Part shown: piece by piece, positions 45,439 through 54,983 of the stretch
Numbering within the stretch: position 1 is the first letter of the stretch
Layout: each line of letters starts with the position of its first letter
NCBI GenBank assembly: GCA_025055575.1
Contig: JANWWP010000063.1
Span: 19,697 to 83,696 of the forward strand
Direction: 5' to 3'
Length of the DNA stretch: 64,000 nucleotides
Source of the DNA: Flavobacteriales bacterium
GTDB taxonomy: Bacteria > Bacteroidota > Bacteroidia > CAIKAF01
Position numbers and translations under genes: made by a program
Notes under the pieces: generated by a model
What the model saw: the letters and a program-made list of their open reading frames with translations, nothing else
Database searches by the model: none
Told to the model about the DNA's origin: nothing

Positions 45439-45639
45439 CATCCAGCTTGCTGTTCATGAATTAAATCCAAGCTTGCTTTTCTGGGGAGTACTGCACCAGG
45501 TGCAGGCTTAATTCATTTGAATGAGGTTTAAAACTGTGCACTGGGTTAAAGAATTTTCAAAGAATTCCTCAGAAATTTTTAGTTTTTGAAATATCTTGAA
45601 ATTAGGTTGAAAATTGGCGCAAAGCGCGATATGGATGTG

Positions 45640-45647
45640 TATATTTG
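45640..45647 (+). promoter_or_regulatory. -7 promoter box TATATTTG
   Basis: Exact TAnnTTTG, 16 nt before ATG 45664. Confidence 0.7.
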
Positions 45648-45663
45648 AATAAAGTTTTCTATT

Positions 45664-45942
45664 ATGAAGCCTGTTGTCGTTCCCAAAGAGTCCATTGCGC
45701 ACCTTCGGTTTCCCCGTCATGATGTTCTTCCGGATGGGGAATCCAGGAAAGAACGTTTCGAAAAGCTGCACAAGGCGATGCTTCTGGGTAATGGTTACAA
45801 GGTGAAGGTGACATTGGTGTTCGAAGACCTGGAAGGCCTCAAAGCCGTGGAGACCACCGTCTGGGAAACGAGCGAAGACAATGTCTTACTTAAAGGAAAC
45901 GTCCATTTGCCGGTGCATGTTATTAGAGACGTGCTTTTATAA
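45664..45942 (+). CDS. Conserved small hypothetical protein (92 aa)
   Basis: Own promoter; KAMLLGNGYKVKV and VETTVW...LKG motifs of a family I recognise from Bacteroidota. Function is unknown. Confidence 0.75.
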   Translation: MKPVVVPKESIAHLRFPRHDVLPDGESRKERFEKLHKAMLLGNGYKVKVTLVFEDLEGLKAVETTVWETSEDNVLLKGNVHLPVHVIRDVLL

Positions 45943-46005
45943 GTTCTTTTTTTAGAAAAAGACCTAAAAACTGGTCAAGGAACTGCTTCAAGTCCTTGCC
46001 AAAAA

Positions 46006-48969
46006 TTAATTCTTGATCCAGCGCAGTGTAAAGCGTTGGCCTTTAGCCTTCAGGGTGAGCGTGTAAGGGCCGGGGGACAGGTGTTCCACGGACAGATTCA
46101 TGAAAGCAGCGGTGCAGCGGCGAACGTCCACCACCCGGCCTGTGATGTCTGCAATTTCTAAAGTTTCTGGTTGGAGGGTCCCTTCTGTCTTCAACCACAA
46201 AGTATGGCTGGCCGGGTTGGGAAAAAGCTCTATACTTCCGAACGCATGGTCCGCTTCGAGGCCCGCCGTTTGAAAGTTGAAAGGCGCAGATGTGCTGCTG
46301 CATCCGTTGGCATCGGTGTGGGTGACGGTGTAATTGCCGGAGGCTGTGGGGGTGAAAGTAGATCCCGTGGCCCCAGGAATGGAATTGCCGTTCAGGGCCC
46401 ACTGGTTCCCGGTGGCATAACTGGATTGCAGTGCTGTGCCGCTCTGGGTGATCACCGGTGGAGCTGGGTTGGGATGCACTGTGATATAATTTGTCAGTGT
46501 TAGGGTATTCGAACCGCCGGCATTGGTGGCCGTGAGCGACACATCGTACGTGCCCGGTGTGGTGTAGGTGACGGTGGGGTTCTGCTGGGTGCTGGACGAA
46601 GGGGTGCCCCCTGGAAAGGTCCAACTCCAGGCCGTTGGGTTTCCTGTGCTTTGGTCTGTGAACTGAATGGTCTGGCCTGCACACACCTCCTGTTTGGCGG
46701 CCTGGAAAGCTGCGGTTGGCGGGGTGGGCGGCAAAAAGCCAGAACAAATACCCGTCACTTTGACATTGTCAATGTAAATGTTATTACCGCCATTGTTCTG
46801 AACTTCAAACCGGATTTTCACGTTCGAAAATCCTTGATAGGGAGTCAGGTCCACACTGAAGCAACCTGGTGTGTTGTCAATGAAGCACCAATCACTGCCG
46901 GAAGCGGGCACAAAGTTGCTGTTGGTGATAGAGTTGGTGGCAAATGTGCCCTGGCCGTTTTCGCCTTTTCTCAAAACGGAAATCCAGCTTTGGCCTCCGT
47001 CTGGCGATACGCTCACCCAGAGCGAATCCCGCACCGATTGCACACGGCGCCGATGGGCATGCTGGAAGCTGAGCACAGGGCTGGTGTAGTTGGATAAGTC
47101 AAGGACCGGCGAGATCAGGGCATCCACAGTGGGCGCGGCACTTTGGTTGTTGAAAATATTGACTCCCGCGGCCTTAGTGCCGGGTGTATTCCCGGCGACG
47201 GTGAAAATATCCCAGGTGTTTTGTCCATCGGGGTTTACAACGGTCCAACCTTGAGAGGTTAAGGTGCCGTTTTCAAAAGTCTCTTCCCAGATGGTGGTGG
47301 TGGAATTATTATTCACGTTAATATAGTTTGGCATGATGAGGGTATCCGCTCCGTAGGGATTTGTGGCCACCAGAGTCACAGAGTAGGTTCCCAAATTGTT
47401 GTAGGTGACGGTGGGATTGGATGCTGTGGATGTGGCCGGGGTACCGCCTGGGAAAGTCCAAAGAAAGCTGACGTTGTTGCCTGTGCTCGTATTGTTAAAT
47501 GTAACCGTGAGGCCCGGGCATCCGCTCACCTGGGAAGCAGAAAAGGAGGCCACAGGCGGAAGAGTGGTGTCGCAAGGCAGGGCCTGCACGTTTTGCAGGG
47601 CTTTGAAAACATTCAGGCGGCCATTGGAAGACACGAAGCCATTCATCGAGGTGATGACATCCACACCTGCGAGCAAGGCCTGGCGCATTTGAAGAGCGAC
47701 ATTCGCAGGCGTTTGCTTGGATTCTGTGATGGTTTGGGTGCAGGCCGCTGCGTACATCAGGGCAATGGCGCCCGCCACATGGGGGGTGGCCATGGACGTG
47801 CCGGTCAAGTTTTGATAGTTGCTGCCTGTGACGGTGGAATATATCTGGGTGCCGGGGGCGCCCAGATCCACATTCACCGACCCGTAGGCGGCGCCGTTGT
47901 TCCGGTTGTCATTGCGGTCGGTGTTGGTGACTCCAATTAAAAATTGACTGGGACAGGTGGTGGGAATGTCCCCTTGAGTATCCACGTTGATATTCAGGTT
48001 GGCCGTGGCTCCGGCGCTGAGAATGCCCTGAACGCCTAAACTGTCATAAAAAGCACACCACACCGGATAATTGGAGGCTTGCCCATAATCCACTCCAAAG
48101 GACGAATTCGTGGCCACCACGTAAGCCCCTTTTGCGCCTGAAGTTTGATTGTACAGCCGACGCATTTTTGCCGCATAGGCATAGGCCGCCACCACGGTGG
48201 CTTCCGAACCGGAAGACCCGCAAATAGGCAGAATTTTCACGCGCCAGTTGACTCCGGCCACTCCGGTGTTGTTGTTCCCCACCGCGCCTATGATGCCGGC
48301 CACGTGGGTGCCGTGGTTGTCGCTTTGCAATGTGCCGGAGTTAGTATAGGCATTCCAACCGTTCACGTCGTCCACGTAACCGTTCAGGTCGTCGTCTATT
48401 CCATTTCCAGGAATTTCGCCCCAGTTACGGAAGATATTGGCTTGAAGATCCGGATGGCTGATTTGGAAACCGCCATCAATCACGGCCACAACAATGGTGT
48501 CGTTCTGAACCGTCCATCCCCCCGTGGTGATGTCCCAGGCTTCCACGGCGTCCACATCGGCATCCGGTGTGCCACCGTTTTGGCCCGTGTTGTTCATACT
48601 CCATTGCTGTGTGGCAAAGCTGGGATCGTTGGGAGTGGCCCGCAACTGCACCTGGTGATTCCGTTGCGCCAACAACACACCGGGTATTTTTTTTAACACT
48701 TCCAATTGGTCGGGTCCTGCCTGATGCTTGAGTAGAAATATCCTAAAGTCTTCAGAAAGCACTCTTTCAACACGCCATGCATGCCCTGGAACAGGAGCCT
48801 TTTCGTTCAGGATATGTAGGACCTGCATAGGATCCTGGCGATGGTCAATCACCACGATGTAATCTCCAGGGATGGATCCGAAGTCATTGTGTGTTTGGGC
48901 ATGGCCAGAAGGAGCGTAAAAAAGACCGAGGCCTGCTGCCAGGGCAGTAAAAAAGGAGAGTTTTCTCAT
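46006..48969 (-). CDS. S8 subtilisin-family protease with two PKD domains and a T9SS type-A C-terminal domain
   Basis: Catalytic VAVIDGG (D), HGTHVAG (H) and GTSMATPHVAG (S); two WTFPGGTP...NPTVTY PKD repeats; LFPNPA C-terminal domain. Confidence 0.93.
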   Translation of the reverse strand: MRKLSFFTALAAGLGLFYAPSGHAQTHNDFGSIPGDYIVVIDHRQDPMQVLHILNEKAPVPGHAWRVERVLSEDFRIFLLKHQAGPDQLEVLKKIPGVLLAQRNHQVQLRATPNDPSFATQQWSMNNTGQNGGTPDADVDAVEAWDITTGGWTVQNDTIVVAVIDGGFQISHPDLQANIFRNWGEIPGNGIDDDLNGYVDDVNGWNAYTNSGTLQSDNHGTHVAGIIGAVGNNNTGVAGVNWRVKILPICGSSGSEATVVAAYAYAAKMRRLYNQTSGAKGAYVVATNSSFGVDYGQASNYPVWCAFYDSLGVQGILSAGATANLNINVDTQGDIPTTCPSQFLIGVTNTDRNDNRNNGAAYGSVNVDLGAPGTQIYSTVTGSNYQNLTGTSMATPHVAGAIALMYAAACTQTITESKQTPANVALQMRQALLAGVDVITSMNGFVSSNGRLNVFKALQNVQALPCDTTLPPVASFSASQVSGCPGLTVTFNNTSTGNNVSFLWTFPGGTPATSTASNPTVTYNNLGTYSVTLVATNPYGADTLIMPNYINVNNNSTTTIWEETFENGTLTSQGWTVVNPDGQNTWDIFTVAGNTPGTKAAGVNIFNNQSAAPTVDALISPVLDLSNYTSPVLSFQHAHRRRVQSVRDSLWVSVSPDGGQSWISVLRKGENGQGTFATNSITNSNFVPASGSDWCFIDNTPGCFSVDLTPYQGFSNVKIRFEVQNNGGNNIYIDNVKVTGICSGFLPPTPPTAAFQAAKQEVCAGQTIQFTDQSTGNPTAWSWTFPGGTPSSSTQQNPTVTYTTPGTYDVSLTATNAGGSNTLTLTNYITVHPNPAPPVITQSGTALQSSYATGNQWALNGNSIPGATGSTFTPTASGNYTVTHTDANGCSSTSAPFNFQTAGLEADHAFGSIELFPNPASHTLWLKTEGTLQPETLEIADITGRVVDVRRCTAAFMNLSVEHLSPGPYTLTLKAKGQRFTLRWIKN

Positions 48970-49002
48970 TTCTTAGTGGGGCTGGGCACAATATTATAAA
49001 AC

Positions 49003-49854
49003 TTATTGAAAAACTTTGTTTTCAAGGTGTTCAGAAATTTCCCATAGTTTCTCTGCCTGGACACCGTCCAGGGCGGCTGGGGAAGGTTGTTTTTCGCGAC
49101 AGTTAGAAAAATATTTACCACCCACCTCGATGCCTTGGGGTTCCGTGGCCAAAAAAACCGACGTTGTGGCCCCGGCCTCTGGTTCTATGCCTTTTATTCG
49201 CGTGAAAAGCCACCATCCGGCCCGTCCCAGGAGGTTGGTATTTTTGTATCCGATGCCGGTGCGCACCACGCCCGGATGCAGGGCGTTAGACCGGATGCCT
49301 TTTCCGGCAAACCGTTCGTCCAGCACTTTGGAAAACCAAATATTCATGAGTTTGGTGTTGGCATATTGAAGCAAGGGTTGATATTTTTTTTCGCATTGCA
49401 GGTCGCTCCAGTCCACCCGGGCGCTGTAGTGGGAATGGGAAGACACCACCACAATCCGTGCGGGGGCAGCCGCTTCCAGAAGCGGAATGCAGCGCCGGAT
49501 CAAAACGAATGGCGCCAGGTGGTTCAGCGCAAAAGTGGCTTCAAGGCCTTCCTCTGTCACCACGCGTTTTTGGTATACTCCGCCGGCGTTGCTGATGAGG
49601 ACATCCAAATGCTTCGCATCCTGCCTCACGGCGTCCGCCACCTGAGAGGCTTCGCGCATGGATGTCAGCTCGGCCGGGTATCCCACGTGGCCGGCCGGCG
49701 TAATGTTTTCTAATTGCCTCCGAACCGCTTCAATTTTCTGAATATCGCGACCTGTGAAAAGGACCCTGAATCCTTTTTGTGCAAGCTGAATGGCTGTGTG
49801 CAATCCTATTCCGGAGGTGGCGCCGGTGATGAAAACTGTTTTTGTTCGGGACAT
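49003..49854 (-). CDS. Short-chain dehydrogenase/reductase (retinol-dehydrogenase-like)
   Basis: ITGATSGIG, LISNAG, YANTK (YxxxK) and LHPGVVRT motifs. ATG 49854 preferred. Confidence 0.9.
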   Translation of the reverse strand: MSRTKTVFITGATSGIGLHTAIQLAQKGFRVLFTGRDIQKIEAVRRQLENITPAGHVGYPAELTSMREASQVADAVRQDAKHLDVLISNAGGVYQKRVVTEEGLEATFALNHLAPFVLIRRCIPLLEAAAPARIVVVSSHSHYSARVDWSDLQCEKKYQPLLQYANTKLMNIWFSKVLDERFAGKGIRSNALHPGVVRTGIGYKNTNLLGRAGWWLFTRIKGIEPEAGATTSVFLATEPQGIEVGGKYFSNCREKQPSPAALDGVQAEKLWEISEHLENKVFQ

Positions 49855-50142
49855 GTAAGGAGCGATGGAAAAGCTCACAAATTAAAAGATAGCCAGCCGA
49901 TTGGGAGCTCTTTTTAATACTCTTTAAATCTAAAAATACGAGAATTCTACATGGTTTTAGGAAAATGCAATATTTAATCGGCCCTGAAAATGAAAGCCCC
50001 CCCTGACCAAACTCATTTTTCAAATTCTTTAGGCCGGGTGTTTGTTAGGAATGATAGCGATGTACCGGGAGCTGAAAAGTTCATGGGCTTGGGTTGGAGA
50101 TTATTGAATTTGGAGAATATTTTTTAAAATTCATGGAAAAAC

Positions 50143-50150
50143 TACCTTTG
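50143..50150 (+). promoter_or_regulatory. -7 promoter box TACCTTTG of ppiD
   Basis: Exact TAnnTTTG followed by CA, 23 nt before ATG 50174. Confidence 0.75.
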
Positions 50151-50173
50151 CAGCCTTAAATTTTCAACGACGT

Positions 50174-52327
50174 ATGGCAATTATTGGTAAGATTCGGAAC
50201 CGCATGGGAACCCTCCTGGTGGTGCTGGTAGGTGTAGCAATGCTATCTTTTATCCTGGGGGATTTTCTTTCCAGCGCGGGATTTTTCTTTTCCGGGGATC
50301 GTGGGCTGGTGGCTGAGATGAATGGCGAGCGCATCCGCATCGATTATTTCGATAAGCTGGTAAAAGAAAAAGAGAATTACTACATGATTATCAACAATCA
50401 GGGAACCCTGGATAACAGTCTTCGGGACCAGATCTTGGATGAAGTGTTCAATGATTTAATTTACCAAAATCTCACGCTCAAGCAGTACGACCGCTTAGGC
50501 CTTCGTGTGGGACAGGCTGAGTTTTCCGATATGCTCACGGGGGAGTTTATTCACCCCATCATCAAACGGTATTTTACCAATCCACAGACAGGCCAGTTCG
50601 ACAAAAACTTTGTTCAGAATTACGTCAACAATTATATTTTGGATGAAGCTTCCATCAGCGAAGATCAACTGGCCAACTGGCGCACCGAAAGGCTGAAATG
50701 GAGTCAGATTGAAAATATTGTGTTGCGGGATCGGTTGAGTAATAAATATAACAATTTGATTGCCAAGGCCATGTATGTGACTTCAAAAGAAGTGGTGGCC
50801 CAGAATCTGGAAAATTCCATGGCGGTGGATGTGCGCTATGTAGCCAAAAACTTTATGGCTCTTCCCGACTCCGCCGTTTCGGTGGAACCAGCCGATCTGA
50901 AAGCCGCTTACGACAAATACAAAATGCGTTTTCGGACAGACTTTGCCTCATGTGCCATCAAATATGCCGTTTTTGAGGTGAATCCCTCTCCGGAGGATCG
51001 TCTGAATCTGTACAACGAACTTTTTAACCTGCGCAGCGAATTTGAGCAAACCACAGAGGACACCCTTTTTGTACTACAAAATTCGGATGCCCGACGGGAG
51101 CCTATGTATCTTCGCCAGAATCAATTAACCGCCCTGCTGGACTCCACCCTTTGGCGCGGCAAAGACGGGACCGTGGTGGGGCCATACGCCGACGGGGACA
51201 CTTTTAAACTCGCCAAAAGAATCCGGGAAAAGGTAAGTCCGGATTCGGTGCAATTCAAAGCTGTGTTGATAGCCACAAAAATGCAGGATGGCAAAGATCG
51301 GCCCGGGGGCAAGGAATTGGCAGACAGCGTGTACAATGTGATACGGTCCGGTGCGGCGTCTTTGGAAGAAATGGCCTTAAAATTCTCCGACGACCAACAA
51401 ACCAAAAAAGACAGTGGGAGCGTCGGATGGGTGAAAGAAACGCCCCCCGGTCAAAACCTTTTGTATGATTCAGCCTTTGCAGCACCCATAGGCCAAGTGC
51501 TGAAATTGGAATTTCCGGCCGCGATCGCCATCATCCGGGTAGATAAAAAGTCCGAACCGACCCGGAAAATTTTGGTAGGGTTCATTAACCGGGAGATTGT
51601 GCCCGGCAAAGCCACGGAAAATGCAGTCTATTCGAAGGCCGGTGAGTTTGCAGCCACCGCCAAAACAAAGGAAGATTTTGAAAAAGCGCAGAAAGAGGGC
51701 ACCGTGATGGTGCGGGATGACTTTAATGTGCGCGATAATTCGCGGCTCGTAGCCGGCCTGGAGGACAGCCGCCGGCTGGTGCGCTGGGCTTTCGAAAGCC
51801 GTGTCGGGGACGTGTCGGCCATCGAAAAATTTGGGAATAAATATGTGGTGGCCATTCTCACGAAAAAGAAGTCTGCCGGGGTCCCGGCCTTCAATGAAAT
51901 TGAGGAGGACCTCAGGCCCTTGGCCATACGTGACAAAAAAGCTCAAAAGTTTAAAGAAGAATTTCAATCTGCCCTTTCCGGTTCCAACACCCTCGACGAC
52001 GTGGCGTCCAAGATGCAAACCAGCGTTCTCACCGCCTCTGCACTCAATTTCTCCTCGTATTTTGTGCCGGGCGTGGGCTACGAACCTGCTTTTCTGGGCG
52101 CGGTTTCCGGAGCCCCCAAGGACAAATTATACGGGCCTTTCCGCGGAAATAACGGCGTGTACGTAATTCAGGTCACCTCTGTGACGCCGGGTAAAGCCCC
52201 AGAAGCTCAGGAGCTCCCTGCCAAAGTCAGGGAAATGAGTATTATGGCCGGCTACCGCTCCGGTGAAGCCCAGGAGGCGCTCAAATCCTACGCTTCAGTG
52301 CGGGATTACAGATATAAATTTTATTGA
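50174..52327 (+). CDS. ppiD: PpiD-like periplasmic chaperone (SurA N-domain plus parvulin domain)
   Basis: [11 protein letters not shown]-terminus with TM anchor; parvulin-like [16 protein letters not shown]; C-terminal VRDYRYKFY. Confidence 0.85.
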   Translation: MAIIGKIRNRMGTLLVVLVGVAMLSFILGDFLSSAGFFFSGDRGLVAEMNGERIRIDYFDKLVKEKENYYMIINNQGTLDNSLRDQILDEVFNDLIYQNLTLKQYDRLGLRVGQAEFSDMLTGEFIHPIIKRYFTNPQTGQFDKNFVQNYVNNYILDEASISEDQLANWRTERLKWSQIENIVLRDRLSNKYNNLIAKAMYVTSKEVVAQNLENSMAVDVRYVAKNFMALPDSAVSVEPADLKAAYDKYKMRFRTDFASCAIKYAVFEVNPSPEDRLNLYNELFNLRSEFEQTTEDTLFVLQNSDARREPMYLRQNQLTALLDSTLWRGKDGTVVGPYADGDTFKLAKRIREKVSPDSVQFKAVLIATKMQDGKDRPGGKELADSVYNVIRSGAASLEEMALKFSDDQQTKKDSGSVGWVKETPPGQNLLYDSAFAAPIGQVLKLEFPAAIAIIRVDKKSEPTRKILVGFINREIVPGKATENAVYSKAGEFAATAKTKEDFEKAQKEGTVMVRDDFNVRDNSRLVAGLEDSRRLVRWAFESRVGDVSAIEKFGNKYVVAILTKKKSAGVPAFNEIEEDLRPLAIRDKKAQKFKEEFQSALSGSNTLDDVASKMQTSVLTASALNFSSYFVPGVGYEPAFLGAVSGAPKDKLYGPFRGNNGVYVIQVTSVTPGKAPEAQELPAKVREMSIMAGYRSGEAQEALKSYASVRDYRYKFY

Positions 52328-52364
52328 TTTTAGGGGATTTAGAGACCGGGTCCTCCGAAACTGT

Positions 52365-52372
52365 TAATTTTG
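52365..52372 (+). promoter_or_regulatory. -7 promoter box TAATTTTG of tatA-gatA
   Basis: Exact TAnnTTTG, 5 nt before ATG 52378. Confidence 0.6.
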
Positions 52373-52377
52373 TACCC

Positions 52378-52590
52378 ATGTACTTACACATGGCTATTGC
52401 AGCCTTAATATTTGGTCAGATTGGATGGCCGCAGATCGTCCTTATTGTAGCCATTGCCTTGTTGTTGTTTGGCGGTCGAAAAATTCCCGAACTGATGCGG
52501 GGTTTGGGCCAAGGCATCCGGGAGTTTAAAAAAGGAATGAACGAGGACAAAACCCAAAGCGGGGAATCCAATACGCCTTCCAAAAATTGA
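52378..52590 (+). CDS. tatA: Twin-arginine translocase TatA/TatE
   Basis: [38 protein letters not shown]. Start ATG 52378 or 52390. Confidence 0.95.
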   Translation: MYLHMAIAALIFGQIGWPQIVLIVAIALLLFGGRKIPELMRGLGQGIREFKKGMNEDKTQSGESNTPSKN

Positions 52591-52592
52591 CC

Positions 52593-54023
52593 ATGAGCGG
52601 TCGGGCTGCAGCGCCTTCCCCATGGCTTGAAGACTGGGCAAAGGGTGTATCCCTCACCCAACGGGTGGAAGTTTTTTTAAAAAAAATCGCCAGGCAAGCG
52701 GCATTGAACGCTTTCGTGGAGGTCTTCGAGCAATCCGCCCTGGAGCGGGCGGCAGACATAGATGCCCGGCGCCAGGCCGGAGCCCCCTTAGGGCCTTTGG
52801 CAGGGATGGTGGTGGCCCTCAAAGACAACATTTTGATGAAAGGCCACCGCTGCACGGCCTCCAGCCGAATTTTGGAAGGGTTTGAAGCCCCATATTCCGC
52901 CACCGCGGTGCACCGCTTGTTGGAAGCGGATGCAGTGGTTATTGGCCGCACAGGCTGTGACGAATTTGCCATGGGCAGTTCCAATGAAACATCGTATTAT
53001 GGCCTGGTCAGGAATCCGCTGGATCCGGAGCGGGTTCCGGGCGGGTCCTCGGGCGGGTCCGCAGCGGCTGTTGCTGCAGGCCTCTGCGATGCGGCCTTAG
53101 GTTCGGATACCGGCGGCAGCATCCGCCAGCCGGCCGCATTTTGCGGCTTGTGGGGTATGAAGCCCACATATGGCGCAGTGTCCCGTTATGGTCTCATAGC
53201 TTATGGGTCCTCTTTTGACCAGATTGGGCCTATGACCACCAGCCCCGAGGATGCCGCCTTGCTCATGCAAGTGATCTCAGGGCCCGATCCCTATGATGCC
53301 ACCAGTGATGTTCGCTTCACCTTTCAAAAGTCTGAACATGGGGCACAAGAAAGGGTTGTCTCCTTAGGTTTTTTTCCTGAACTGTTGGAAGGTTCTGACA
53401 TTGAGGAACCCATTCGTAAGGCTTATCAGGATTGTCTTGAAAGAGCAAGAATCCTGGGATGCGTACTTAAACCGATTGAACTGCCCATGCGGTCCTGGCT
53501 AGTACCCCTTTACTATGTGTTGTCCACAGCAGAAGCCAGTAGCAATTTGGCCCGTTATGATGGGGTTCGATACGGCTACCGTTCCAGCCATGGGGAAACG
53601 CTGGAACAAATGCAGGTGAATACCCGCACGGAAGGGTTTGGCGCCGAAGTGCGCCGGCGCATTCTTCTGGGCACTTTTGTGTTGAGCTCGGGATACTACG
53701 ATGCCTATTATTCCAAGGCCCTCAAAGCACGGGCTCTGCTCTGTCGTCGCCTTGAAAACCTTTTCAATGAAGTGCATTTTCTACTCCTGCCCACCACGCC
53801 GGGTCTTCCCTTCCGATTTGGAGAGCGCAGTGCGGATCCTGTTAAAATGTACTTGGAAGACCAGTTTACGGTCATGGCCAATCTCACAGGCCATCCGGCG
53901 CTCAATTTTCCATGGCCTTGTGCCGGGGATTTTCCGGTGTGTGGACTTCAAATCATGGGACCGCGCCGCTCGGACGCCGACCTTTTGGCTATGGCTGGCC
54001 GTTTGGTCGCTTCTAAGTTCTAA
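52593..54023 (+). CDS. gatA: Asp-tRNA(Asn)/Glu-tRNA(Gln) amidotransferase subunit A (amidase-signature family)
   Basis: VALKDN, GGSSGGS, GSDTGGSIRQPAAFCG, EASSNLARYDGVRYG and RRILLGTFVLSSGYYDAYY motifs. Confidence 0.9.
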   Translation: MSGRAAAPSPWLEDWAKGVSLTQRVEVFLKKIARQAALNAFVEVFEQSALERAADIDARRQAGAPLGPLAGMVVALKDNILMKGHRCTASSRILEGFEAPYSATAVHRLLEADAVVIGRTGCDEFAMGSSNETSYYGLVRNPLDPERVPGGSSGGSAAAVAAGLCDAALGSDTGGSIRQPAAFCGLWGMKPTYGAVSRYGLIAYGSSFDQIGPMTTSPEDAALLMQVISGPDPYDATSDVRFTFQKSEHGAQERVVSLGFFPELLEGSDIEEPIRKAYQDCLERARILGCVLKPIELPMRSWLVPLYYVLSTAEASSNLARYDGVRYGYRSSHGETLEQMQVNTRTEGFGAEVRRRILLGTFVLSSGYYDAYYSKALKARALLCRRLENLFNEVHFLLLPTTPGLPFRFGERSADPVKMYLEDQFTVMANLTGHPALNFPWPCAGDFPVCGLQIMGPRRSDADLLAMAGRLVASKF

Positions 54024-54670
54024 TGAACTTTTCCAAAAAAATAAGTTCGGTTGATATGCCGCAGGAAATCAAGCTCTTTGTGGGCCGCTCGCATTTAGTA
54101 TTTTCAGACGCCTATGGCCTGACGCCGGAGGAAGGGTTTCAGGTGCTGGAATCCTGGTTGCGCAAACCGGCCGGCAAGGACCATATTGTGCGGGTGAAGC
54201 TGGATCCGGAAGAGTTCCCTTCGATACTTGAACAATACGGGTTTCGCTATTCCAGGGCGGCCGGCGGTTTGATTCTGGGGCCAGGCAGCGGGCTATGGCT
54301 GATTCGCCGTTGGGGATTTTGGGATCTGCCCAAGGGAAAATGCGAACCCAACGAGCCCGACAACGTCTGTGCGCTTCGCGAAGTGGCTGAAGAGTGCAAT
54401 ATCCGGGATGCCACCATCGACCGGTTTGCGGGAAACACCTACCACGCCTTCGTAATGCAAAAGGAAAAGTTTGTGAAGCGCACCGCCTGGTTTCTTATGC
54501 GCTCGTCCCAGGATTGGGCTTTGCCTCAGGTGGAGGAAGACATTGAGGAGGTGCGTCTGGTACCACTTTCCGAAGTGTCTGATTACTTTCCTGAAATGCA
54601 CCTCACGCTGCAATATCTTTTGAAGGAAACCTTTCCAGAGATCCAAGCCAAGTCTGTCGGGCCATCCTAA
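54023..54670 (+). CDS. Nudix hydrolase
   Basis: WDLPKGK plus Nudix box G-x5-E-x7-REVAEE. Confidence 0.88.
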   Translation: MNFSKKISSVDMPQEIKLFVGRSHLVFSDAYGLTPEEGFQVLESWLRKPAGKDHIVRVKLDPEEFPSILEQYGFRYSRAAGGLILGPGSGLWLIRRWGFWDLPKGKCEPNEPDNVCALREVAEECNIRDATIDRFAGNTYHAFVMQKEKFVKRTAWFLMRSSQDWALPQVEEDIEEVRLVPLSEVSDYFPEMHLTLQYLLKETFPEIQAKSVGPS

Positions 54671-54725
54671 AATTCAAGGTCCGAGATCGAATCCTCCACC
54701 GCCGCTATCCGAACTACGTATTAAC

Positions 54726-54983
54726 TCACCTATCATTGAATTGTTCCTCATGGTCCACCTCGTCATCATCGGGGGCCCCCTCTGTGCTGTCCTGCAATTC
54801 CTTTAAAATAGTGTGGACATCTTCTTCAGTGGCGCTCAGTTTGGCTTGACAAATTTTGATGAGAAATGCGGCGCGTTTCACCTTGGCGGACAGATCATCC
54901 ACCGAAATTTGCCCATCCTCAATTTCTGAGACCAGTTTCTGAAGCTCTTGAAAAGCTTGGGAGTAATTCAGTTCCTCATTCAT
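54726..54983 (-). CDS. xseB: Exodeoxyribonuclease VII small subunit
   Basis: YSQAFQELQKLVSEIE...VDDL...VKRA; ATGA overlap with xseA. Confidence 0.92.
   Translation of the reverse strand: MNEELNYSQAFQELQKLVSEIEDGQISVDDLSAKVKRAAFLIKICQAKLSATEEDVHTILKELQDSTEGAPDDDEVDHEEQFNDR

Noticed and set aside
46043-48696. Alternative-frame and antisense ORFs over the S8 protease
   Set aside because: They are by-products of Thr/Gly/Asn-rich coding sequence with few stops on other frames.
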